Part shown: in pieces, positions 1 through 17,570 of the stretch | Layout: each line of letters begins with the position of its first letter | How positions within the stretch are numbered: position 1 is the stretch's first letter | From: a bacterium | Lineage (GTDB): Bacteria; Electryoneota; Electryoneia; Electryoneales; Electryoneaceae | Length of the DNA stretch: 64,000 nt | Assembly: GCA_963675295.2 (NCBI GenBank) | Contig: CAXXKJ010000001.1 | Coordinates: forward strand, 96,001-160,000 | Reading direction: 5' to 3' | Position numbers and translations under genes: made by a program | Notes under the pieces: generated by a model | The model's database searches: none | Seen by the model: the letters and a program-made list of their open reading frames with translations, nothing else | What the model was told of the DNA's origin: nothing

Positions 1-581
1 TGGATGGCGACGGCGTTTACACCACGACGATGGAGTTCGGGGCACCGTTCGTCTATCAGCTCGGCTACCGGATCGGCTACACGACGGATGACGAACCGGT
101 GTTGAACGGCGGTGGCGTGGAACGTGGACGCCGGTACTACCAGTTCATCTGGCCGCAGTTCCATACGCCGGGTGGTGAAACGATCTGGTTTGACGAGTTT
201 ACCCTGCGGACACTGGACTGGATGCCGTTCGACCTCACCGTCGAGGTTCCGCCGGACTTCTCGCAGGAGCAGGATGTGGACGAGTCATCCGCCAGCCGTC
301 CGGACACCTGGTTCCTCGCCCCGGCGTATCCGAATCCGTTCAACCCGTCCACGACCATCGACTTCATCGTCGGCTCGCGTGAAAAGGTGACGGTCAAGGT
401 GTACTCCGTTCTCGGCCAGGAGGTTACGACCCTGGTGAACGACGTCAAGGTGCCGGGTGCATACACCGCGGCGTGGAACGGTCAGGATGGGTCCGGCAAG
501 CCGGTCGCGTCGGGTCTGTACTTCGTCCGCATGTCGAGCCCGAGCTTCCAGCAGGTTCGCAAGGTGACTCTGCTGCGATAA
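1..581 (+). CDS. 5'-truncated secreted protein with C-terminal FlgD-Ig/T9SS-like sorting domain
   Basis: Frame is open from the window edge (DGDGVYTTT precedes the Met at 30); ends YPNPFNPSTTI...WNGQDGSGKPVASGLYF...RKVTLLR. Confidence 0.85.
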   Translation, partial: DGDGVYTTTMEFGAPFVYQLGYRIGYTTDDEPVLNGGGVERGRRYYQFIWPQFHTPGGETIWFDEFTLRTLDWMPFDLTVEVPPDFSQEQDVDESSASRPDTWFLAPAYPNPFNPSTTIDFIVGSREKVTVKVYSVLGQEVTTLVNDVKVPGAYTAAWNGQDGSGKPVASGLYFVRMSSPSFQQVRKVTLLR

Positions 582-596
582 CGAGTTGCGTGGGTA

Positions 597-666
597 GTTC
601 CGTTCTGAACCAGCATCACGGGTGGTGTCTGTATCTCCCCATTTCCACCCGTGGTGCGGACGGAAC
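597..666 (+). other. Intergenic stem-loop
   Basis: GTTCCGTTC..GCATCACGGGTGG (597-625) pairs with CCACCCGTGGTGCGGACGGAAC (645-666); no strong U-tract. Confidence 0.55.
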
Positions 667-699
667 GTTTGCATCGCTGTATACGACAGGAGTTGATGG

Positions 700-2910
700 A
701 TGAACGCCCCGATTTTCACACGACGACGGTTACCACTGGCGGGCCTGCTGGTTACGCTGGCCCTGCTCGGGGCGTCCGCACCCGCTGTCGCGCAGGACGA
801 GTTCATGGTCGGCGGGGATGTGTCCTCGCTCCGGGCTGTGCTCGACAACGGCGGCGTGTTTTACGACAGCGGCGAGGCCGGCGATCCGCTCGATATCCTG
901 CAGGAACACGGTTTCAACTGGATCCGGCTCAAGATCTGGCACACGCCGGACGAACCGTACAATGACCTTGAACGCGTCACCCAGACCGCCGTCGAAGGCG
1001 TCGCCCAAGGCTACAAATTCCTCCTCGACTTCCACTATTCCGATACCTGGGCCGACCCCGGCACGCAGGACAAACCCGCCGCGTGGGAGGATCTCGAGTT
1101 TGACACGCTCGTGGACAGCGTCTACGAATACACCTACGACGTGATGACACACCTGCGGGACGCCGGCGCGATGCCGGACATGGTGCAGATCGGCAACGAA
1201 ATCGACTGTGGCATGCTGTGGCCGGACGGGAATGTCTGCGGCGGCAACAATGACCCCGAACACTGGAACAACCTCGCGACGCTGATCAACGCCGGCATCT
1301 CCGCCGTACATGACAGCGAAGGTCCGGATGATGACGTCAAGATCATGATCCACCACGCGCGCGGCTTCACCAGCTTCCTCGATAACCTGCTGCAGCTCGG
1401 CGTCGAGATCGACGTCTACGGCCGATCCTACTACCCGACATGGCACGGCGACCTCAGCGTACTGCAGGACAACCTGACCGATCTCGCGACCAACTACGAT
1501 CAGGACATCGTCGTTGCCGAAGTCGCCTACATGTTCACCACCGGCTGGAATGACAACGTGCCGAACGTGTTCTGGGAAGATGACGTCCTGCCCGGCTATC
1601 CGGCGACACCGGCGGGCCAGAACGCGCTGCTGTCCGAAGTGAACACCATTATCCGCACCCTGCCAGGCGACAAGGGTGTCGGCGCGTTTTACTGGGAACC
1701 GGCGTGGATCAGCACCCAGACGCTCGGGACACCGTGGGAGAACGCCTGCCTGTTCGATTTCGACGGCGAATCGTTGCCCGCAATCAATGCCCTCGCCTTT
1801 GACCCCGGCGACCTCGAGGTCAGCACCGTGACCATGACGTTCAACACCTCCACCGTCTGGGACACCTTGAACCCCGGCGACGTGCTGCAGCTTCGCGGCG
1901 AAGTGCGAGGGTTCACCGGTTCGACGCTGCCCGATGGCCGCGGCGTGTCCTGGGGTGACGATTCCGAGCTGTTCGCGTACAATATCGGTGGCGATTACTG
2001 GCGCATCGAGATCCCGATGTATGTCGGCGACACGCTCAGCTTCAAGTGCTGGACCGGCTTCGACATCGACACACCGACCAGCCTCCGCCTCGGCTGGGAA
2101 GGGCCGGTTGTCCCAGCGATCGATCCGGATGGCAACACCCGGCTCGTGGTCGCCGAAGCCGAAGATTACGAGGACGAACTGCAATTCCTCAACGGAGCCG
2201 GTTCGTCCGTGGGACAATACTGGCGACCGTACGACACCGATCCGGATTCCGTTGTCATCCAGTACCGCGCGAATGTCTTCCACCTGATGCAGGACGGCAC
2301 GTTCGATCCGGATGATGGCGACATGATCGGCGTGATCGGCAGCGATCCGTTGCCGCAGAACGAGCCGGTCCTGCTGACGCGCGAAGAGTTCAGCGTTGGC
2401 GGTGGATCGTTCTGGACGGGACACTTCAGCGTGCCACGCACGATGCTGCAGGATGAGTTCACGCAAACGTACCGTTTCGCCGTCGTCAACAATGACCAGA
2501 TCACGCTGACCGAGGACCAGGCGCGCGAACTTACCCTCGCTGCCGGATTTGCGGCGTCCGATACCACGCTGCACTGGGTCTATTTCAACGAAAACTTCGC
2601 CGGTGTGGATAATCCGCCTGCCGGACAGGCACGTACCCACACCCTGTTCAACGCCTACCCGAATCCGTTCAACGGGCAGGTCACATTGGAATTCACGCTC
2701 GCTTCACCCGGTGCTGCACAGCTCGTCGTGTACAACACGATGGGGCAGAGGGTGTGGTCATCGGCGGACGACCACTACTCAGCTGGAGCGCACCGGGTGA
2801 CGTGGAGCGGATTCGACAGCGCGAGCAACTCGCTGGCCTCCGGCGTGTACATGGTCAGCCTGAACGCCGGTGGGCAGCAGGTCAACCGGAAGATCGTGCT
2901 GCTACGCTGA
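700..2910 (+). CDS. GH53 endo-beta-1,4-galactanase, multimodular, with C-terminal sorting domain
   Basis: Signal peptide; GGDVSS, LLDFHYSDTWADPG, MVQIGNE, VVAEVAY, FYWEPAW motifs; accessory beta-domains; YPNPFN tail. Confidence 0.93.
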   Translation: MNAPIFTRRRLPLAGLLVTLALLGASAPAVAQDEFMVGGDVSSLRAVLDNGGVFYDSGEAGDPLDILQEHGFNWIRLKIWHTPDEPYNDLERVTQTAVEGVAQGYKFLLDFHYSDTWADPGTQDKPAAWEDLEFDTLVDSVYEYTYDVMTHLRDAGAMPDMVQIGNEIDCGMLWPDGNVCGGNNDPEHWNNLATLINAGISAVHDSEGPDDDVKIMIHHARGFTSFLDNLLQLGVEIDVYGRSYYPTWHGDLSVLQDNLTDLATNYDQDIVVAEVAYMFTTGWNDNVPNVFWEDDVLPGYPATPAGQNALLSEVNTIIRTLPGDKGVGAFYWEPAWISTQTLGTPWENACLFDFDGESLPAINALAFDPGDLEVSTVTMTFNTSTVWDTLNPGDVLQLRGEVRGFTGSTLPDGRGVSWGDDSELFAYNIGGDYWRIEIPMYVGDTLSFKCWTGFDIDTPTSLRLGWEGPVVPAIDPDGNTRLVVAEAEDYEDELQFLNGAGSSVGQYWRPYDTDPDSVVIQYRANVFHLMQDGTFDPDDGDMIGVIGSDPLPQNEPVLLTREEFSVGGGSFWTGHFSVPRTMLQDEFTQTYRFAVVNNDQITLTEDQARELTLAAGFAASDTTLHWVYFNENFAGVDNPPAGQARTHTLFNAYPNPFNGQVTLEFTLASPGAAQLVVYNTMGQRVWSSADDHYSAGAHRVTWSGFDSASNSLASGVYMVSLNAGGQQVNRKIVLLR

Positions 2911-2932
2911 GTACGGCGCTGAACGAACCAAC

Positions 2933-4099
2933 ATGAGCCGAACGATGAAACGAATCGTCATCCTGATCCCACTGCTGGCCGCCACGCTGCTGTTCGGCTG
3001 TGCGCGAACGTCCGCGCCGGATTCCTCTGCCCCCGAGTTTCTCACCGGCGCGGACCTGTCGTCGCTGCCGCAGCTCGAGGATCATCATGCGGTCTTCTCC
3101 GATGATCAGGGCACGGCGGACGCGATGACGATCCTGCATCGGCACGGCTTCAACAGTGTTCGGCTCAAGATCTGGCACACACCCGAGCAGCCGTACAACG
3201 ATCTTGCCGGGGTTGCCGCGATGGCGAAACGAGCGGACGCGCTCGGCATGCATTTCCTGCTCGATTTCCACTATTCCGACTGGTGGGCTGACCCGCAGAA
3301 GCAGTACAAACCGGCGGCGTGGGATTCGCTCGATTTCGCTAAACTGGTGGACAGCGTTTACGCCTACACCCGCGCGGTCGTATCCACCCTCGACGGGCAG
3401 GGCACTCCGCCGGACATGGTGCAGACCGGCAACGAGATCCGGCCCGGAATGCTGTGGCCGGACGGACGTGTCGATGGCGACTACGACACCGCCGAACAAT
3501 GGGACAACCTCGCCGAGCTGCTCGCCGCTGCACGCAAGGGTGTGTACGACGGCCTATCCAACCCGGACGCTACCCGGTTGATGATCCATTTCGACAACGG
3601 CGGCAACAACGCCATCTGCCGTAAATTTTACGATTCGCTCGCCGTGCGTGAGACCGAGTTCGACGTCATCGGCCTGTCGTTCTACCCGAAATGGCATGGT
3701 CGGCTCGATTCGCTCGAGGCCAACCTCGCCGATCTCACCCAGCGGTACAACAAGGACGTGATCGTCGTCGAGGCGGCGTATCCGTTCACGATGGGCTGGA
3801 ACGATGACCAGGGCAACATCTGGGGCATGCCGGAGGATCTGCACGAAGGGTACGAGCCGACCATCGCCGGGCAGGCGGCCTATTTCGCGGGACTGCGGCG
3901 GATTGTCGAGTCTGTCCCCAATCATCGTGGCATCGGGCTGTATTACTGGGAACCGGCGTTGACCAGCGCGGATGCTTACAACTCGCCGTGGGAGAACGCC
4001 TGCCTGTTCGATTTTGACGGTGTGGCGCTGCCGGCGATGGACGCTTTCGCCGGACGGTGGACCCCCGAGAATCAACGCATCACCAGCGAGGCGGACTGA
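2933..4099 (+). CDS. GH53 endo-beta-1,4-galactanase, lipoprotein
   Basis: Lipobox LLFGC; GADLSS, DFHYSDWWADP, VQTGNE, YYWEPA; start at 2933 or 2945. Confidence 0.92.
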   Translation: MSRTMKRIVILIPLLAATLLFGCARTSAPDSSAPEFLTGADLSSLPQLEDHHAVFSDDQGTADAMTILHRHGFNSVRLKIWHTPEQPYNDLAGVAAMAKRADALGMHFLLDFHYSDWWADPQKQYKPAAWDSLDFAKLVDSVYAYTRAVVSTLDGQGTPPDMVQTGNEIRPGMLWPDGRVDGDYDTAEQWDNLAELLAAARKGVYDGLSNPDATRLMIHFDNGGNNAICRKFYDSLAVRETEFDVIGLSFYPKWHGRLDSLEANLADLTQRYNKDVIVVEAAYPFTMGWNDDQGNIWGMPEDLHEGYEPTIAGQAAYFAGLRRIVESVPNHRGIGLYYWEPALTSADAYNSPWENACLFDFDGVALPAMDAFAGRWTPENQRITSEAD

Positions 4100-8899
<4,800 letters not shown>

Positions 8900-8916
<17 letters not shown>

Positions 8917-9994
8917 CATAGCGTCCACTCCGGTCACGGCCGATGTGTTCACGCACGGGACCACGCCCAAGGGGCGTGTCGCGCGCGCATTCCGGTTGTC
9001 GTTGACGGACGGTTCTTCCGTCACCATCAGCGAGTACGGCTGCTCGATGCTGTCGCTGCAGATGCCGGACGAGTCTGGTGAGATCGGTGAGACGATCCTC
9101 GGGTTTCCGTGGCTGCCCGGCTACCTGCGCGACACGAACTACCTCGGCGCGCTGATCGGACGTTACGCCAACCGTATCGCGCACGGGCGGTTCAGCCTCG
9201 ACGGCGAAACGTACGTCCTCAGCAACAATGAGGGCGGGCATCACTTGCATGGTGGCCGCCGCGGGTTCAGCCACCACCTGTGGCAGGGCGAGATCATCGA
9301 GCTGGACGGTTGCCCCGCGCTGCAGTTCGAACGTGTCAGCCCGGACGGCGAGGAGGGCTATCCCGGCGAACTGAGCTGCCGTGTCGTTTTCTCACTCAGC
9401 CCGGATCACGAGGTCGACGTTACGATCTCGTGCGAAACATCCGCGCCGACCGTCGTCAACCTGACGCTGCACCCGTATTTCAACCTTGACGAACCCGGCA
9501 CCTCGGCGATGGATCATCGGGTGCGCATTCACGCGTCCGAATTCCTGCCTGTCGACAATGGCATGATTCCGATCGGGGAACGGCTTCCTGTTGCCGAAAC
9601 GCCGTTCGATTTCCGTACCTTGCGCACACTCGGCGAGCGCATCGGGGAGGATCATCCGCAGCTTGCGATCGGGAAGGGCTACGATCACACCTTCCCGCTC
9701 GAGGACGCAGATGGCACGTTGCGTGAGGCGGCGGTCGTTCAGGCGGCACGCTCCGGGCGGTGGCTGCGAATCTTCACCACCGCGCCCGGCATTCAGCTCT
9801 ACAGTGGCAATCATCTCGGCGAAAGCGTGAACGGACACGACATCGTGCATCCGTATCGATCCGGCCTTTGTCTCGAGCCACAGGCATGGCCCGATTCGCC
9901 GAACCAGCCGGACTTTCCCGATACCACCTTGCGTCCGGGCGAGGAGTACGTACACCGAATTCGATACAGCTTCGGCACCGGCGAACTGGACTAA
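8900..9994 (+). CDS. galM: Aldose 1-epimerase (galactose mutarotase)
   Basis: GRYANRI, HLHGG, GYPG, NLTLHPYFNL, GYDH, CLEPQ motifs; start uncertain (TTG at 8900 assumed). Confidence 0.92.
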
Positions 9995-10030
9995 TGTCCG
10001 CGCGTTGCGTGCAAGGCCACAGTCATAGTG

Positions 10031-12671
<2,641 letters not shown>

Positions 12672-12685
12672 AAGAAGGATTTGCG

Positions 12686-13000
12686 CACGCTCTCGGGCTT
12701 TCGTTCGGGCTGCTGACAGAAGTGGTGTGATCAGAAACTTGCCCTCGGACTTCAGTCCGGGTTGTAGAAAGTGTGAAGTAATTGTGAAGTCATGCCTTCG
12801 GGCTTTAGCCCGGGATTGACGTGCGTAGAAACACCATCCGTTTTCACGACCTCGGACTTTAGTCCGGGAAATATGATTCTGGTAAGATGCGGTTGCAGAA
12901 GTGCAAACATGGATTTCTTGACCCCGGGCTAAAGCCCGAGGGCATGAGTGCGGTGATGGTTTGGTTGGTGGATCATCCCGGGCTAAAGCCCGAGAGCAAG
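12686..13000. repeat. Array of six 24-bp palindromic REP-like repeats (four forward, two reverse)
   Basis: Approximate consensus CWYGCYCTCGGRCTTTAGYCCGGG at 12686, 12738, 12791, 12845 (+) and 12923, 12977 (-); 28-30 nt unique spacers. Confidence 0.88.
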
Positions 13001-13036
13001 AAGCCTGGGAAGTAGAAAACGAACTGGTTGCTAGAC

Positions 13037-14320
13037 ATGGCCATTAACAACATATACCCCCAGACCCGCTCGTCCCTCGCCAGCCTGTATCCCGGCGACG
13101 ACCACGATGATCAGCGCGCACGCTACACCGAGCTCGCCGCTTGTCTCGACAACCTCGCGCCCGGCGGCCCGGTGCCTGTCTTCATCAGCGCACCGGGACG
13201 GACCGAACTCGCCGGCAACCACACCGATCACAACCACGGCAAGGTGCTCGCTGGATCGGTGATGCACGACATGGTCGCGGCAGTACGCCCACGTGACGAC
13301 AACCGCATTACCTTGATCTCACGCGGGTACGATGGTGAGTTCACGGTCGATCTGTCGTCGCTGACACCGGTTCCCGCCGAACACAACAGCACCGAAGCGT
13401 TGCTGCGGGGGGTCGCAGACGGATTCCACAAACGGGGCTACGCCTATGGAGGCTTCGACGCCTGCCTCGATTCACAGGTGCCGGTGGGATCGGGATTGTC
13501 ATCGTCCGCCGCGCTCGAAGTGTTGATCGGTGGCATCTTCAACCACCTCTACAACGACCATCACATCGACGCGGTCGAGCTGGCGCAAATCGGTCAATAC
13601 GCCGAGAATACGCACTTCGGGAAACCGTGCGGCCTGATGGATCAGCTCGCATCCGCGGTCGGTGGCATCCAGTACATCGACTTCGCGGACGAAACCAACC
13701 CCGCGATCGAGAAGATTGACGCCGACTTTTCCAACGGGGGATTTGTGCTGGTGGTGGTCGATTCCGGCGGCAGCCACGCCGACCTGAGCCACGAATACGC
13801 CGCCATCCCGGCCGAGATGAACGCCGCCGCGAACCTGCTTGGCGCGGAGGTGCTGGGTGACCTGGACCCGCTTCGCGTCTGGCCACGGATGCGCGAGTTA
13901 CGTTCCGCGCAAGGTGACCGGGCGGTGCTGCGGACGCTGCATTTCTTCACCGAAAACCAGCGCGTCGAAGGGATGCGGGACGCCCTTCGCGATGGCAACC
14001 TCGACCGGTACCTCGAACTGGTCCGGCAGAGCGGGTGGTCATCCAGCCAATGCCTGCAGAACATCGTGCCTTCGTCCGGAGGTGGCCAGGATCAGCCGGT
14101 GGCGCTGGCCCTGGGCGCGAGCCAGGTGTTTTTCGCGCAACGCGGATGTGGTGTCTGCCGCATCCACGGCGGCGGGTTCGCTGGAACCATTCTCGCGTTC
14201 GTGCACGAGGACGACTTCAACGACTACAGCGACTGGATGGAACTGTACCTCGAGCACGGTTGTGTGCACGAACTCGCCATCCGTCCGGTCGGCGTTACCA
14301 GCGTAACGGTTGACGCGTAA
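13037..14320 (+). CDS. galK: Galactokinase (GHMP family)
   Basis: APGRTELAGNHTDHN, PVGSGLSSSAA, GKPCGLMDQ, RIHGGGFAG; follows galT. Confidence 0.9.
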   Translation: MAINNIYPQTRSSLASLYPGDDHDDQRARYTELAACLDNLAPGGPVPVFISAPGRTELAGNHTDHNHGKVLAGSVMHDMVAAVRPRDDNRITLISRGYDGEFTVDLSSLTPVPAEHNSTEALLRGVADGFHKRGYAYGGFDACLDSQVPVGSGLSSSAALEVLIGGIFNHLYNDHHIDAVELAQIGQYAENTHFGKPCGLMDQLASAVGGIQYIDFADETNPAIEKIDADFSNGGFVLVVVDSGGSHADLSHEYAAIPAEMNAAANLLGAEVLGDLDPLRVWPRMRELRSAQGDRAVLRTLHFFTENQRVEGMRDALRDGNLDRYLELVRQSGWSSSQCLQNIVPSSGGGQDQPVALALGASQVFFAQRGCGVCRIHGGGFAGTILAFVHEDDFNDYSDWMELYLEHGCVHELAIRPVGVTSVTVDA

Positions 14321-14429
14321 CGTATTTCAAGCGCCATTACTTTTTATCCAGCTTCTCGCAATTGCGGTACTACGTGCCGGTCGTTGTCGTACATTGTGCG
14401 AATGAGTCTATCGCTGGAAGGAGTGAATT

Positions 14430-17400
14430 ATGATCACACGCAATCACAGTTGTGCCTTCTACAGTTTCCTGCTCGCAGCTTCCGCAACGCTGTTCCTGAC
14501 GACTTCCGCTTTCGCAGACCGGCTCTGGACCCCGGCGAACGGCGCCCGAGTTCATCGCAGCTATACGATTGACCATGAATTCGTCTGCACCAGCAGTCTC
14601 ACCGGCGACGAAGCACTGGTAATCTGGCGGGATGACCGGGACGGCGATCTTGGGCTGTTCGGCCAACTCATCAACGCTGACACGACCATGCTCTGGTCCC
14701 CCGATGGCGTGCGTCTCGCCCAGGCATACGGCGAACAACTTCCCGCCGGAGTCGTTGCTGTACCCGACGGTTGGGTATTTGTCTGGCTCGATGCCCGTAA
14801 TTCGCCAAGCCTGATCGGTAACTTCGAAGTCTTCGCCCAGAAGGTCACTTCTGATGGCACATTGCGATGGCGGGAAGATGGCCGCCACCGGCTGAAAGGC
14901 ATCCTGATCGCCCGCCCACAACAAGCGGTTGAGTACGCGAACGTGGTCGTTGGTGAGGATGGCAGCGTCTTCGTGTCGTGGCAGACCAGAACTCAACTCC
15001 GACTCACGCACCTGATGCCGGACGGCAGTGTTGACCCGTCCTGGCCGGAGGAGGGGTTGGTTGTCGCTGCACGGCAGAACGCGACGTTTCACAAGCCGCA
15101 TTGCCTTGAACCCGATGGTTTCGGCGGTGTGATTGTCGCGTGGAACGAGTTCTGGCTGACGCTCGGGGTCAATCGTCTCGCTGCGGAACGGTTTGACGCG
15201 TCCGGACGACGCTTATGGTCCGACAGCCGGGGCGGGCTGCTTACTTCGGTGGAGGGCGACCTTCGACGGTTGTCTGTTTCTGCCGACCGTCTCGGCGGGC
15301 TGTTCGCCGCGTTCACGTCCGGGGACTACGATCATCCCCGGATTCAACGTATCAGCCCGGAAGGGGTACGACTGTGGGGTGACGACGGCGAGCCTATCAC
15401 GACTCCGAACTACGGCGATGTGTCAAGCCTGCTGATACAGACAATCATCCCGGATACCGCCGTCGTCGTCTGGGATTTCCCGGGAGGACGTGCGCAGAAA
15501 ATCTCCGGCACAGCATCCTGCACTCGCTTCTGGCATGATCCGAACGGTACCATCGCCGAAGGTCTGACCATCAGCGACGACGATGTATACTGGTACGATG
15601 TGTTACCCGACAACGCGGCCGGTGCGATCCTGCTTTTTGATGAATCGATTGGATTCAACGGTGGGCCAATGGTGCAGCACGTATCGGGGGATGGTGTTCT
15701 GCAGCTCGGGCCGACAGAAGGCCGGTTGTACGCGAATTCCTCGAACGGATATCATTTCCGCGGCACCCTGATGCAGAACAATCAGGCGTATCTGTTTGGG
15801 TTTACGTATACGAATTCCGGTACGGACTATGGACGTATCTCGCTGTTCGACTACGACACAAGCCAGCACGAATTGTTGACGTCGCATTCGGGTATTGCCG
15901 TTACCCGGGAGTCGACGGGACCTGTGACCTACGGCATGTCCCTCTACCAGCAGAACACCCTCTATTCGCTGTACACCTTCGAAAAACCGTTTTCCCAGGA
16001 TACGACCCGACTGCAGGCGATGAATCCCGACACGGGCGAACGTCTGTTCGGAGACCAGGGAATCCGCGTGTTTGAGCCTGCCAGTACAAACGAAACCTAC
16101 CACGACAAGCTGAAGCTGGCAGCCGGTGCGGACGGTACCGTGATTGCAGCTTCGATTACTTTCAATGATTTCATGAGAAAGGTTCTCCGGCTGGACAAAC
16201 TCTCGCCGCAGGGTGAGCATCTCTGGGGACCGGAGGGGATCAGTTTCGCCACCGATCCGGAAGGCGAAAACATGCATGATCTCGAGCTGTTGCCGACGGA
16301 TGATGGCGGCGTCTGCGTCGTGTTTGAATACGGCGACAACGACAACAGTATTGGCGCCCAACGCTTTGACCCGAATGGCCAACCCATGTGGACCGACGGC
16401 ACACTTCCCTATCTGCCAATCGTTTACAGCTTCGATAACGTGTATTCACTTGACGCCATTCGCTTGCCGGACGGCAGCTACATCGTGTGCTGGGACACAA
16501 CCGAGAACCGATGGTACATCAACCTTCAACGATTTGACTCGGACGGCGAATTGTTGTGGGATGATCCGATCAGTTTCACTGGCGAAGCACCCAGCGTGAT
16601 TCTCAGCGATGTCCATCTACTCGCGGTGGAACAGGGGGTGCTGGTGACCTGGCTCGCCCACTTAAACGATCAGGGGGAACTGCGAGGCTGTCTGATTGGA
16701 TTTGACGGATCCCTGCTCTGGGGACCAGATCCCGTTCAACTGGTAACCGGAGATAACTGGTCCTACAACCATTGCACGGGTATCGCTTCGGCGGACGCCG
16801 GCAGTTTCTGGCTTGCGTGGGATAACACCTTGGAACAATTGCTCGTGCAACGATTTTCCATCACAGACGGCAGCCCGGTGCTTGATCCACCCGGCGGCGT
16901 TGTCCTCGCTTCAGCTGAATCCATCCGCGTGAGCCGAGACATTCTTGTCGCCAGCGACAACAGTCTGCTGCTCGCGGCGTATGTACGCAATGGCGAGACA
17001 AGCGACCTGTTCTATACCCGGGTTCTAGACGATGGATCGCCCGCTCCGGGTTATGAAACGCCGCAGGTATTATGCAGCGCACCCGCCGATCAGATGACAC
17101 CATACCTCATTGATGATCAAGCGGGTGGGGCGTTTGCAGTCTGGGTGGACCGTCGCGGCAGTACGGGCGACAACTACGACGATTTTGGCGTCGAGAAGCT
17201 ATACGCGCAACGGATCGGGGAACATGCACTCAGTGCGGTTGTCGCCTCCGAAAGGACGCCCGCCATTTCGTGGGAATTGCACCCGATCCATCCCAACCCG
17301 TTCAATGACGCGACGACAGTCACGGTCGAGTTGCCGCATGCAGGCTATTTGCGTGTCGGGGTGTGGGACATCCTCGGCCGTCGAGTGACCGATGTCTATC

Positions 17401-17531
17401 ACGGATTTACAGCCGCCGGGCCGCATCAATTCACCTTGGATGCGACCCTTCTGGCCAGTGGGGTATACTTCATCCGCGCCAATTTCGAGGATTCAGATAG
17501 TCAAGTGCGTAAGATCGTCTTGCTGAAGTAG
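14430..17531 (+). CDS. Large secreted repeat (beta-propeller-like) protein with C-terminal sorting domain
   Basis: Signal peptide; recurring QR..xxG.xLWG.xG and DGxGG.xxxW motifs; HPNPFN...ASGVYF...RKIVLLK tail. Confidence 0.8.
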   Translation: MITRNHSCAFYSFLLAASATLFLTTSAFADRLWTPANGARVHRSYTIDHEFVCTSSLTGDEALVIWRDDRDGDLGLFGQLINADTTMLWSPDGVRLAQAYGEQLPAGVVAVPDGWVFVWLDARNSPSLIGNFEVFAQKVTSDGTLRWREDGRHRLKGILIARPQQAVEYANVVVGEDGSVFVSWQTRTQLRLTHLMPDGSVDPSWPEEGLVVAARQNATFHKPHCLEPDGFGGVIVAWNEFWLTLGVNRLAAERFDASGRRLWSDSRGGLLTSVEGDLRRLSVSADRLGGLFAAFTSGDYDHPRIQRISPEGVRLWGDDGEPITTPNYGDVSSLLIQTIIPDTAVVVWDFPGGRAQKISGTASCTRFWHDPNGTIAEGLTISDDDVYWYDVLPDNAAGAILLFDESIGFNGGPMVQHVSGDGVLQLGPTEGRLYANSSNGYHFRGTLMQNNQAYLFGFTYTNSGTDYGRISLFDYDTSQHELLTSHSGIAVTRESTGPVTYGMSLYQQNTLYSLYTFEKPFSQDTTRLQAMNPDTGERLFGDQGIRVFEPASTNETYHDKLKLAAGADGTVIAASITFNDFMRKVLRLDKLSPQGEHLWGPEGISFATDPEGENMHDLELLPTDDGGVCVVFEYGDNDNSIGAQRFDPNGQPMWTDGTLPYLPIVYSFDNVYSLDAIRLPDGSYIVCWDTTENRWYINLQRFDSDGELLWDDPISFTGEAPSVILSDVHLLAVEQGVLVTWLAHLNDQGELRGCLIGFDGSLLWGPDPVQLVTGDNWSYNHCTGIASADAGSFWLAWDNTLEQLLVQRFSITDGSPVLDPPGGVVLASAESIRVSRDILVASDNSLLLAAYVRNGETSDLFYTRVLDDGSPAPGYETPQVLCSAPADQMTPYLIDDQAGGAFAVWVDRRGSTGDNYDDFGVEKLYAQRIGEHALSAVVASERTPAISWELHPIHPNPFNDATTVTVELPHAGYLRVGVWDILGRRVTDVYHGFTAAGPHQFTLDATLLASGVYFIRANFEDSDSQVRKIVLLK

Positions 17532-17570
17532 CGGAATCTGCCTTGGAACAATGTCCAGGGACAGGATTCG

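Noticed and set aside
730-2640. 636-aa antisense ORF (likewise 36067-38019, 40992-43430, 52845-55541, 27479-29095, 30700-32271)
   Set aside because: Shadow frames opposite well-supported genes, expected with high GC3; no motifs
12686-13000. CRISPR array
   Set aside because: Repeats switch orientation and vary between copies; no leader or cas genes in the window; fits REP-like elements better
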